A stretch of 64,000 nt of DNA from a virus. Position 1 is the first letter of the stretch. Every line of letters starts with the position of its first letter. A model generated the notes under the pieces. The model worked only from the letters and a program-made list of their open reading frames with translations, did not search any database and had not been told where the DNA came from. Shown piece by piece: positions 8,877 to 16,266 of this stretch. Both the position numbers and the translations under genes were made by a program. The DNA lies in the IMG/VR virus record IMGVR_UViG_3300021961_000050, positions 1-64,000 of that record; one strand, given 5' to 3'.

Positions 8877-10550
8877 TTATAATTCTGTTTCTGGGGGTGT
8901 ATCTGTGCCTGGTTCTTCTAAGCCACCTGGTGTTTCTTCAGTTTCGTCTGGTGGTACAAATTGATCCGTGTCTGCTTCAATACCCGCAGGAGTTACACCA
9001 ACTGCCCTAAGTCCTGCTTCTGGCGTTACGTTGTTTTCACCGTTTTCTTCTGCCCATAATTCGTCATTTGAATTTAGTTCTTCTTCGCTGAGATCTAGAT
9101 AACGTTTAAGTAAGAAACGTTTAGATAGATATGGAACAGGTTCTAATTGTGTAAATGCCTGTATCCTAACTGAATCAACTTCTGCCTGTCTGTATTTGGC
9201 AAAGTTTTGTGGTTCGTTAAAGTGTAATTCAAACAGACTGTTATCAATATTAATGCCTCTCCATCGCATGAACATCTTAAATTCTTGATCTAATTTGTCA
9301 ACAACAAGATTTTGCAAACGCATACAATATTGATTAAATCTCCACTCTTGGATGAGTGCAGTGGTTGTTCTACCATCACCAAAGGTTCTTTCACTGTCAT
9401 CTGATTGTGTTGGTAGATACGAACTTGGAATACGTAGACCACGGAACATTTTATTAGTAAAGTAACGTAGATCGGTAATTTCGCCTAAATTTTGGCCACC
9501 TGGAAATACATCAACACTAGAACCACGTCCATCTGCTGTTACAGGGAAGAAGTAATCTTCCATAGTGCTTAAAGGATTATAAGTAGCATCCATCATGTTT
9601 TGTCCGCCACCTGTTTGTGTTGGAATACGACGTTGATGGATTTCGTTTTTGATACGATCAACAAATGCCATAGCCATATGGCTTGGCATATTACCTACGT
9701 CAATCTTAAATATACGTCTCTCTGGAGCACGTTGTATACGATAGATAATGATAGCATCTTCAAGTAATTCTTTTTGTTTAAATATCTTAAATATTGATTC
9801 TAATACTGAATTACCAAAGGGCCAATTTAGATCAAGTCCTTCTGTCAGACTTAGATGTACCACATGTTCAGCATCAATTGCGGCTTCGTTTTGAGCATGG
9901 CTAAATCTAGTGCCGCCACTGTAGGGAACATTTGGTTGAGTGTATGCACCGCTTGGTCCGCCTACCTGCGGATGATTAACATAGCTGTCACTAGATGCAA
10001 CCGCTGTGCTAGTTAAGTTTTCAAAATTGATATTAATGTCACGAATCAGATACTGTTCAGGTTCTTTGCCTTCACTTTCATTAACAATAACTTTAGTGAC
10101 TTTGTGCATTTCTGTCCAAAACAATTTAAATGTTTCTGGGTCACGCAAGAATACCTGATCTCCATATTTGATCACATTACGGAACAATTTGAATAGACGT
10201 TTATTAAATTGATTAAGAGTCACCCATTGTTGTAGTTGCTCTTTGATAATTTTAACTTCGTTGTCTGTGGGAGTTTCTTTAAAATAAAGATCAAAACCTG
10301 TACCGTTTTGTGTATTAGTTTGTGTGCAAAATTCTGCAATAATGTCTAAGGCCGCATTAACTTCACTGTCCATATCCATTTGCTCATATTGATTATATCT
10401 TTCAATACGATTTGGATGACCAATATAGACTTCTGGTAATTGGCTAGCAAAATTTCTGTAACCAGGATCAATTGAAGAATTGGAGCCATTGCCCAATGGG
10501 CTCATTTGTCCGCTAGTATTTGGTGCCTTAAAGTATTTTTTCCACGACAT
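8877..10550 (-). CDS. gp20: Portal vertex protein (T4 gp20-like)
   Basis: Motifs LLEDAIIIYRIQRAPERRIFKIDVGNMP, MEDYFFP, GGQNLGEITDLRYF and GLRIPSSYL. Confidence 0.96.
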   Translation of the reverse strand: MSWKKYFKAPNTSGQMSPLGNGSNSSIDPGYRNFASQLPEVYIGHPNRIERYNQYEQMDMDSEVNAALDIIAEFCTQTNTQNGTGFDLYFKETPTDNEVKIIKEQLQQWVTLNQFNKRLFKLFRNVIKYGDQVFLRDPETFKLFWTEMHKVTKVIVNESEGKEPEQYLIRDININFENLTSTAVASSDSYVNHPQVGGPSGAYTQPNVPYSGGTRFSHAQNEAAIDAEHVVHLSLTEGLDLNWPFGNSVLESIFKIFKQKELLEDAIIIYRIQRAPERRIFKIDVGNMPSHMAMAFVDRIKNEIHQRRIPTQTGGGQNMMDATYNPLSTMEDYFFPVTADGRGSSVDVFPGGQNLGEITDLRYFTNKMFRGLRIPSSYLPTQSDDSERTFGDGRTTTALIQEWRFNQYCMRLQNLVVDKLDQEFKMFMRWRGINIDNSLFELHFNEPQNFAKYRQAEVDSVRIQAFTQLEPVPYLSKRFLLKRYLDLSEEELNSNDELWAEENGENNVTPEAGLRAVGVTPAGIEADTDQFVPPDETEETPGGLEEPGTDTPPETEL

Positions 10551-10594
10551 ATCTAATATTCTCTCACGTGCTATTTATTACTATATTTAACCTT

Positions 10595-12739
10595 CTAGTA
10601 AGTGTTGCTTAATATTCCTGATGATATATTATTGCTCTGTTTCATTGTTGAGAGAATATCATCAAGCACTTTGGTCTGCTGTGTGATCGCTGACGTTATT
10701 GTGCTACTGTCTAAACTTACAGGAATTGATTTATTTTCTGGTAATGGTACAACTGCTTCTGCACCGTGTAAGGTAGCTTGATATCCTGAAATTGGTCCTT
10801 CTGCTATTCCGCCTACTGCATATTCACCAAACATTTTATCAAAGGCCTTGGTTCCAGCCATATATCCACCGGTAGCAGTGACAGTGGAACCAACTAGTCC
10901 TAACCCACCAGTCATCGCCGCAGTTCCGGCTGTGAGTGCCGCACCACTTGCAAACCCAACTACTTCTCTAGCAATAGATTTTAACCAACTCTTTTCACCC
11001 ATAGTTCCCGATTCGTAACCAGCAGGAACGTCCAAACCAGCACGTTGCATCTGTTTGCGTAGGCCTGTTATGAGTTCATCTACAACTTTACCAAAACTAC
11101 CTAATTTGGGTGTTAATTCTTTTTCAAACATCAATCCTAAACGCTGTGCTTCATTTTCAATGTGTATCACAGTGTCAGTTAACCGATCTGTTGTTTTTGC
11201 CTGGCCGTCAACTGCATCATAAACTGATTTAATTCCTTCTTCATTCATTTTAAATGCTATGCTTTGCAACTCACTGTAGCCCTGTGACAGATCAGAATAT
11301 GTGCCAGGTATCATTGCTGATGCAAAGGCTACACCTTGGCCTAGTTGATTAGTGCTGTTGGCAAATTTAGTAAAGAATGGACTTACTGCATCCATGCCTT
11401 GACGCATGTTGAAACTACCACTCATGATAGCATCAGCTGATGCTCTGGCCGCTTCGCCAAATCCTGAAGTAATAGAAACTAGGTCTGTAGTTGTACCACT
11501 TAGTACAGTCTGCATGATAGCACGTCGTTGACCTTCAGGCAATGGTGCTAGGAATTGTGTTACCTGTGCAAAAAGATCACTCTGTCCTGTTCTTCTGGCC
11601 TGTTCCTCAATTTTGGCACGGAAAGCATAGTTTTCTGCTTCACGTCTGGCTTGTTCTGTTCTACGTTTAGCATCTTCACCTGTAATATCAGAAATTACTC
11701 TTAGATTATTTGCGTATCTTTCTGTGGCCTGTGCAATTTGCGGATTGGTAGCAGTGGCTAATGTGCCTGTTCTACGCATGTCTGCCATGACCTGTGCTAC
11801 TAGTTCTGCTTGTTCTTCGTAGCCATATCCTAATTTAAGAAGATTTTCTTGAATGCCACTGGATCTAATAACTCTACCAACGTCACCCATTCTACGTACT
11901 GCTTCGCCTACACTCAACCCTGTTTCTGCTAAAACTGACGAATTATTTTTAATAACATTAGCAAATTGATCTAGTCTTAATCCTGATGCATAGGCCGCAT
12001 TACGCATACCAGTCATACCATTGGCAAATAGAGCACCCGCCGCACTAGATTGATTAAAGACTTTAACAGTTTTTTCTACTTCCTTGGCTAGAACGTCTAT
12101 ACCAAATTTGGCCAATTCAGCACTTTTATCTGTGACAAAGCCAAGGCCTTCTGCTAATAAACTAGCACCAGCACCTAACCATTTAAATTTACCTTTACCT
12201 AATACTGCCGCGGCAATACCCAAATCACTAATAGCACTCAGTGCCGCTTTAGTCTGCTGTTGGGTAACATCAATAGCATTACCCATCATATTTGATGCTA
12301 GTCTAACACCACTAGATCCATCTTGCAGATCTGTAACTAGAGTCTTAACACTTTTAATAGCACCATTGACTAATATCTCACCTGTGGCTTTTAAAAATGC
12401 TTTAGCTACCGCCTGTTGGTTTCTAGCAAAATATTGATTGCTTATGCGTTGACGTTCAGTTTCAAGAGTGCTCCTGTCAATATGAGTATCAAGTTGTTCT
12501 ATTGCTTCATCAAGATCTTCTAATCCAGGTTTTAGATCAACTATTTTTTTATTAGCACCTTTGAGATTTTTATCAAGTTGTCCTAACTGCTTACTCACAA
12601 GGTCATGAAGACGCTGTTGCTTTTCATTAGCATCTGTGATATCTTTGATAGAGTCAACTGAGTCGTCTATCTGATCTGCGAACTTGGCAAGGGCTTCAGC
12701 CGTTCGCCTCATCTGTTCCTGGAGATTTTCTTCATCCAT
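10595..12739 (-). CDS. Tape-measure-like / baseplate-hub protein
   Basis: 714-aa A/G/Q-rich helical protein with glycine-rich hydrophobic segments and a C-terminal GGIAEGPISGYQATLHGAEAVVPLP motif typical of phage tape-measure-type proteins. Confidence 0.6.
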   Translation of the reverse strand: MDEENLQEQMRRTAEALAKFADQIDDSVDSIKDITDANEKQQRLHDLVSKQLGQLDKNLKGANKKIVDLKPGLEDLDEAIEQLDTHIDRSTLETERQRISNQYFARNQQAVAKAFLKATGEILVNGAIKSVKTLVTDLQDGSSGVRLASNMMGNAIDVTQQQTKAALSAISDLGIAAAVLGKGKFKWLGAGASLLAEGLGFVTDKSAELAKFGIDVLAKEVEKTVKVFNQSSAAGALFANGMTGMRNAAYASGLRLDQFANVIKNNSSVLAETGLSVGEAVRRMGDVGRVIRSSGIQENLLKLGYGYEEQAELVAQVMADMRRTGTLATATNPQIAQATERYANNLRVISDITGEDAKRRTEQARREAENYAFRAKIEEQARRTGQSDLFAQVTQFLAPLPEGQRRAIMQTVLSGTTTDLVSITSGFGEAARASADAIMSGSFNMRQGMDAVSPFFTKFANSTNQLGQGVAFASAMIPGTYSDLSQGYSELQSIAFKMNEEGIKSVYDAVDGQAKTTDRLTDTVIHIENEAQRLGLMFEKELTPKLGSFGKVVDELITGLRKQMQRAGLDVPAGYESGTMGEKSWLKSIAREVVGFASGAALTAGTAAMTGGLGLVGSTVTATGGYMAGTKAFDKMFGEYAVGGIAEGPISGYQATLHGAEAVVPLPENKSIPVSLDSSTITSAITQQTKVLDDILSTMKQSNNISSGILSNTY

Positions 12740-12764
12740 TTATTATATGCTCACTTTATTAGCT

Positions 12765-12794
12765 ATAAATACTTTTACCATATACTATATTTAT
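12765..12794. promoter_or_regulatory. Opposed late promoters between the tape-measure-like and gp26-like genes
   Basis: TATAAATA on + (12765-12772, the T4 late consensus) and ATAAATA on - (~12788-12794). Confidence 0.6.
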
Positions 12795-12805
12795 TGGAAA
12801 AAAAC

Positions 12806-13657
12806 ATGGAGAATTCAAATCAATCAAATCCATTGATGTCGCACTTTAGACAGCCTGCAATCTATTTAAAATTGCCATCTGAAGGTAGATATTGGGATAA
12901 TGATGCTGTAAACTTGCCCGTTAATGGTGAAGTACCAGTCTATCCAATGACTACCAAAGACGAAATCATGCTCAGAACACCAGATGCTCTACTAAACGGT
13001 GCTGGAGTGGTCAGTGTGATACAAAGTTGTATACCTGCTATCCAGGACGCATGGAAAATGCCCAGCATTGACGTAGACTCTTGCTTAATTGCTATACGTA
13101 TTGCTACCTATGGTAATGACATGGATGTTACTACAACTTGTCCAAATTGCAAACATGAAAATGATCATACTATTGACCTTGGACAAACTATGTCGCAGAT
13201 CAACATACCAGTTTATGATGTATTTGCCATTGGCGAAGGACTAGAGGCCAAGCTCAAACCTCAAAATTATTTTGAGATCAACCGCACAAATATGATTGGC
13301 TATGAAGAACAAAGAATGATGGCTGTGTTAGATAAACAAGATCTAACTCCAGAAGATAAAGAATCAGCAATTAGAGAAATTACCAGCAAATTAGTTGATC
13401 TGAACGTGCTAAATCTTGCTAGTAGCACAGACTACATTAAAACTTCAGACGGTACTTACGTAAACAACTTTGATCATATTAAAGAGTTTTATAGTAACAC
13501 TAGTAGTAAAATAATTCGCAAGGTACAGGATCATTTGGTAAAACTTGCAGAACAATCAGGACTTCCGCCTTATCCAACCAAGTGTGTAGAATGTACTACA
13601 GAATATAGTACGGAGGTTACATTCGACTACGCAAGTTTTTTCGTCAACGGCTCTTAG
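12806..13657 (+). CDS. gp26: Baseplate hub assembly protein (T4 gp26-like)
   Basis: YLKLPSEG..Y, PMTTKDEI, LIAIRIATYG, two CxxC pairs (CPNC, CVEC) and a C-terminal FDYASFF. ATG at 12806 preferred over TTG at 12794. Confidence 0.75.
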   Translation: MENSNQSNPLMSHFRQPAIYLKLPSEGRYWDNDAVNLPVNGEVPVYPMTTKDEIMLRTPDALLNGAGVVSVIQSCIPAIQDAWKMPSIDVDSCLIAIRIATYGNDMDVTTTCPNCKHENDHTIDLGQTMSQINIPVYDVFAIGEGLEAKLKPQNYFEINRTNMIGYEEQRMMAVLDKQDLTPEDKESAIREITSKLVDLNVLNLASSTDYIKTSDGTYVNNFDHIKEFYSNTSSKIIRKVQDHLVKLAEQSGLPPYPTKCVECTTEYSTEVTFDYASFFVNGS

Positions 13658-13872
13658 CACTCAGTGACGAGGAGGTTGCAAGCCTAATCAACCGACTCGA
13701 GAAAGAGGTAAGAGCCATACAAGACGAAACTATTAGGTTATGTTGGTACATGCGAGGTTCAATCAGTTATTCTGATGGTATGTTACTGTCACGATCTGAA
13801 AAAGAAATTATTGATCGTATAATTAAAGAAAATTTAGAAACTACCAAAAAAACCAGACTACCATTCTTCTAG
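13636..13872 (+). CDS. gp51-like extension, reachable by -1 frameshift from gp26
   Basis: Open -1 frame FFRQRLLALSDEEVASLINRLEKEVRAIQDETIRLCWYMRGSISYSDGMLLSRSEKEIIDRIIKENLETTKKTRLPFF*. It begins at the T-TTT-TTC heptamer; the first in-frame ATG (13750) would give only 40 aa. Confidence 0.65.
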   Translation, partial: FFRQRLLALSDEEVASLINRLEKEVRAIQDETIRLCWYMRGSISYSDGMLLSRSEKEIIDRIIKENLETTKKTRLPFF

Positions 13873-13879
13873 GTCAAGG

Positions 13880-13944
13880 TGTGGCATAAAAGCCACATGC
13901 GATATAGTTATCCTCTTGACAAAACTCAAAAAAGATGTTATATT
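13880..13944 (+). promoter_or_regulatory. Sigma70-type promoter with an upstream palindromic operator-like site
   Basis: TTGACA (13916-13921), 17-nt spacer, TATATT (13939-13944); palindrome TGTGGC-ATAAAA-GCCACA at 13880-13897. Confidence 0.6.
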
Positions 13945-14041
13945 ATAAGAGTAATATAACCTAAATATTACTTGCAGGTTAGAAGATGTAGATGATTAAC
14001 CTGTTTTTAAAACTTGGGGCAAATCCCCTGGAGGAAAAAAG

Positions 14042-14278
14042 ATGGATGTTTTAGCAAACGTTAAGAAGTGGGCAAGTGCTTTATGTGATGTAGCAGTATC
14101 GTTAATGGCTCTAGCTATTGTATTAGAGTTATTATTTGGTGGCGCAAAATCACTACCATTCTTACCTGTGACAGACGTTATTGGTTCTGTAACAGAAGTT
14201 GTTAAATCACTAGGCTCTGAAGGTTTAGTAGGCTTAGTGGCTGTTTGGGTATTATGGAATATTTGGAATAAGAAATAA
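14042..14278 (+). CDS. Small two-helix membrane protein
   Basis: 78 aa with two hydrophobic segments, a basic C-terminus, GGAGG RBS, and its own promoter and terminator. Confidence 0.75.
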   Translation: MDVLANVKKWASALCDVAVSLMALAIVLELLFGGAKSLPFLPVTDVIGSVTEVVKSLGSEGLVGLVAVWVLWNIWNKK

Positions 14279-14310
14279 TATTTGACAGTTAAGAAGTTCA
14301 ATTAAACAAG

Positions 14311-14340
14311 AAGGGCATGTCATATACATGCTCTTTTTTT
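14311..14340 (+). terminator. Rho-independent terminator
   Basis: aagggcatgt-catat-acatgctctt followed by a T-run. Confidence 0.75.
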
Positions 14341-14357
14341 ATGGCATAAGTATATAC

Positions 14358-14942
14358 ATGAAAGTAATCAATTGTCATTTACCAAAAACAGCTACAATTA
14401 CTACGCAAAAAATGTTTGGCAAAGAATGTGTTGTCTATGGTAAATCAACACTCAATGGAGAAATACCGGCTGGTGATGATGTTATTAGCTTTACGATCAT
14501 TCGTGATCCGCTAGAAAGATTTTGTTCAGCTGTAAAGATGTTTGTTAAAAAAGATAAATGTAAATTAACACAGTCAGAGATAATTGATATTGCATTAGAC
14601 AACGATTTTAGTGACAGACAACTTACACAAGGTAGAGTACCTAATAAAGTTCAATATTCTATTGCATTACACACTTTGTCAATGTTTCATCCTCACATTA
14701 ATGTGTTCTATGAAAATAAAACACCTAAAGCAGATAACTTAATTGATTTTAACAATTTTGTTGCCGAATTAGAAAACTTAACTGATCGTAAGTTTAACAA
14801 AATACCACATGAAAATAAAGGTGCAGAAGTTGATATTATATTAACAGACAGTCAAATGCGATTGTTTAATCAAAAATATCATCATGATATTTTGTTCTAT
14901 GAGAAGTTTTTGGAACAATGCAATTTAGTTAAGTCGTTTTAA
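14358..14942 (+). CDS. Sulfotransferase-family protein (Sulfotransfer_2-like)
   Basis: 5'-PSB-like HLPKTATITT, 3'-PB-like FTIIRDPLERFCSA, and C-terminal PHEN..Y..D..FY. ATG at 14358 preferred over the track start at 14328, which lies in the terminator. Confidence 0.7.
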   Translation: MKVINCHLPKTATITTQKMFGKECVVYGKSTLNGEIPAGDDVISFTIIRDPLERFCSAVKMFVKKDKCKLTQSEIIDIALDNDFSDRQLTQGRVPNKVQYSIALHTLSMFHPHINVFYENKTPKADNLIDFNNFVAELENLTDRKFNKIPHENKGAEVDIILTDSQMRLFNQKYHHDILFYEKFLEQCNLVKSF

Positions 14943-14992
14943 GATGTCTAACGACATCTAACTTCTTCGTTTGCACTCGAAGTTCTTTTTTC
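14942..14992 (+). terminator. Tandem hairpins at the convergence point; the second resembles a terminator
   Basis: agatgtc-taac-gacatct (14942-14959), then aacttc...gaagtt followed by cttttttct. Confidence 0.5.
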
Positions 14993-15029
14993 TAATCTGA
15001 ACACTTTAAACTAGAATACATTTTATATT

Positions 15030-15378
15030 GACTTACTCGTATCATCCAGATATAAGTCATAATTCACCTATCCGCAGGCAAATTATGACAACGCATCATC
15101 CGAGTACTGCGTCATACTAACTAAAAGAGATTGAGATCATACTCACGGAAGCGGTCACCCGGTACTCCCTACTCTAGATTCATGTGGCGGATGCTTGATA
15201 ATCCCTAGTTAGCGAAATTATCTAAGCACGTAGGTTGCTTTTTCTCAGAGCCTACATCATTTGGGTTTTAAACCTAATTGATATGCCTTGTCGTCCCGTT
15301 CCCAAGTCTACTCTTGGGAGTTCCACACGTTGCCGTGATCACCTCATAGGACACAGAATACATCTGCATCAGCGACTG
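15030..15378 (-). ncRNA. Putative large structured non-coding RNA downstream of the GIY-YIG gene (family not recognised)
   Basis: No ORF, and GC-richer than the flanks. At least 8 predicted helices, GNRA tetraloops on the minus strand (cacg-GCAA-cgtg, cgg-GUGA-ccg) and a 7-bp loop pairing (15206-15212 with 15117-15123). Boundaries are approximate. Confidence 0.65.
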
Positions 15379-15828
15379 TTAAATGTTCTTTAAATCTTCT
15401 ACTAATATGTTTTTGACGGAGCCGTTACCTAGTCTAACGTTAACGATCCCATTGTAGTTATCTTCTCTCAACAACACATGTTCTGTGATTTGAAAATACA
15501 CTTCCATGTAGTTGGTTTCTCCACGTGTTTTACAGAGATAGATAATTTCTCTTGTGAATTTATCTTTGCCTAGTTGGTCTATGTCTTTGGTGAGCCTGTC
15601 TGACGATCCCCAGTAATCCTTCCAATCTGTTTCTACTGTTGATCTACGTTTGTTCTTTTTGCCTTTTAGAGGTGGTCTCTTCTTTACTGTCCAGAAAAAT
15701 TTACGACCTACATAGTCGTGTCCATTTTCTGTATTTGTGATTCTATATACGAACCCATAGTTGTCACCGATATCCTCAGATTCAAACTCTTGATCGTTAT
15801 AAATCCAAGGATAATCGTATGACGCCAT
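15379..15828 (-). CDS. GIY-YIG family endonuclease (single domain)
   Basis: GFVYRITNTENGHDYVGRK motif, YWGSS, FTREII...E...N pattern; 149 aa with no extra DNA-binding domain. Confidence 0.85.
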   Translation of the reverse strand: MASYDYPWIYNDQEFESEDIGDNYGFVYRITNTENGHDYVGRKFFWTVKKRPPLKGKKNKRRSTVETDWKDYWGSSDRLTKDIDQLGKDKFTREIIYLCKTRGETNYMEVYFQITEHVLLREDNYNGIVNVRLGNGSVKNILVEDLKNI

Positions 15829-15834
15829 TATTAA

Positions 15835-16014
15835 TTATAATGAGTTTTTCTTGTCTTGGATTTCAGCACGTCTTGCTTTAGCAAGTTTACCAATTTCGCC
15901 TAACGCTTTACGAGCTCTAGCGGCCGCGGCTTTAACACCTTTACCATCAAATGCTTCAGACTCTTTGGTATATGCTTCTACGTGTGCTAAGATTTGTTCA
16001 TGTAATGTTGCCAT
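15835..16014 (-). CDS. Small basic histone-like (Hc1-like) DNA-binding protein
   Basis: Not in the ORF track (59 aa): MATLHEQILAHVEAYTKESEAFDGKGVKAAAARARKALGEIGKLAKARRAEIQDKKNSL, with AAGGAG RBS. Confidence 0.7.
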   Translation of the reverse strand: MATLHEQILAHVEAYTKESEAFDGKGVKAAAARARKALGEIGKLAKARRAEIQDKKNSL

Positions 16015-16035
16015 TTTTCATTTTCTCCTTGAAAA

Positions 16036-16254
16036 TTATTTTTTATCAAATGTTGGGCTAGTGAATTCTGCTGTAGGAAAGCGCCTTACGATTTCATTAC
16101 GATATCTAGCCGCTGTTTTCCGTGATACCTGTTTCAACAGGGTATCTTTGAGTTTATCTAAACTCCAACCTTTAATTCTTGTTTTGCCGTTTTTGGTTAA
16201 GTCTGGGTTTGCTTTGCGTTTACCAGGATGTACTCTTGCTTGTGGTCCTGCCAT
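16036..16254 (-). CDS. Small, very basic hypothetical protein
   Basis: 72 aa, K/R-rich, GAGG RBS, co-oriented within the operon. Confidence 0.6.
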   Translation of the reverse strand: MAGPQARVHPGKRKANPDLTKNGKTRIKGWSLDKLKDTLLKQVSRKTAARYRNEIVRRFPTAEFTSPTFDKK

Positions 16255-16266
16255 AATTGAATTCCT

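Noticed and set aside
13655-13690. Stop-codon readthrough or TAG recoding as the explanation for the gp26 extension
   Set aside because: The 0 frame hits TAA ten codons after the TAG. All three stop codons end intact genes elsewhere, so the standard code applies.
14943-15378. tRNA, tmRNA, RNase P RNA or CRISPR array in the long intergenic gap
   Set aside because: I saw no cloverleaf or TTCGA/CCA ends, no RNase P conserved motifs, and no regularly spaced direct repeats.
14943-15828. Group I intron with GIY-YIG homing endonuclease
   Set aside because: No interrupted host gene flanks the element (the neighbours are convergent and intact), and I could not identify P7 or other core intron motifs. 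A covariance-model search is still worthwhile.
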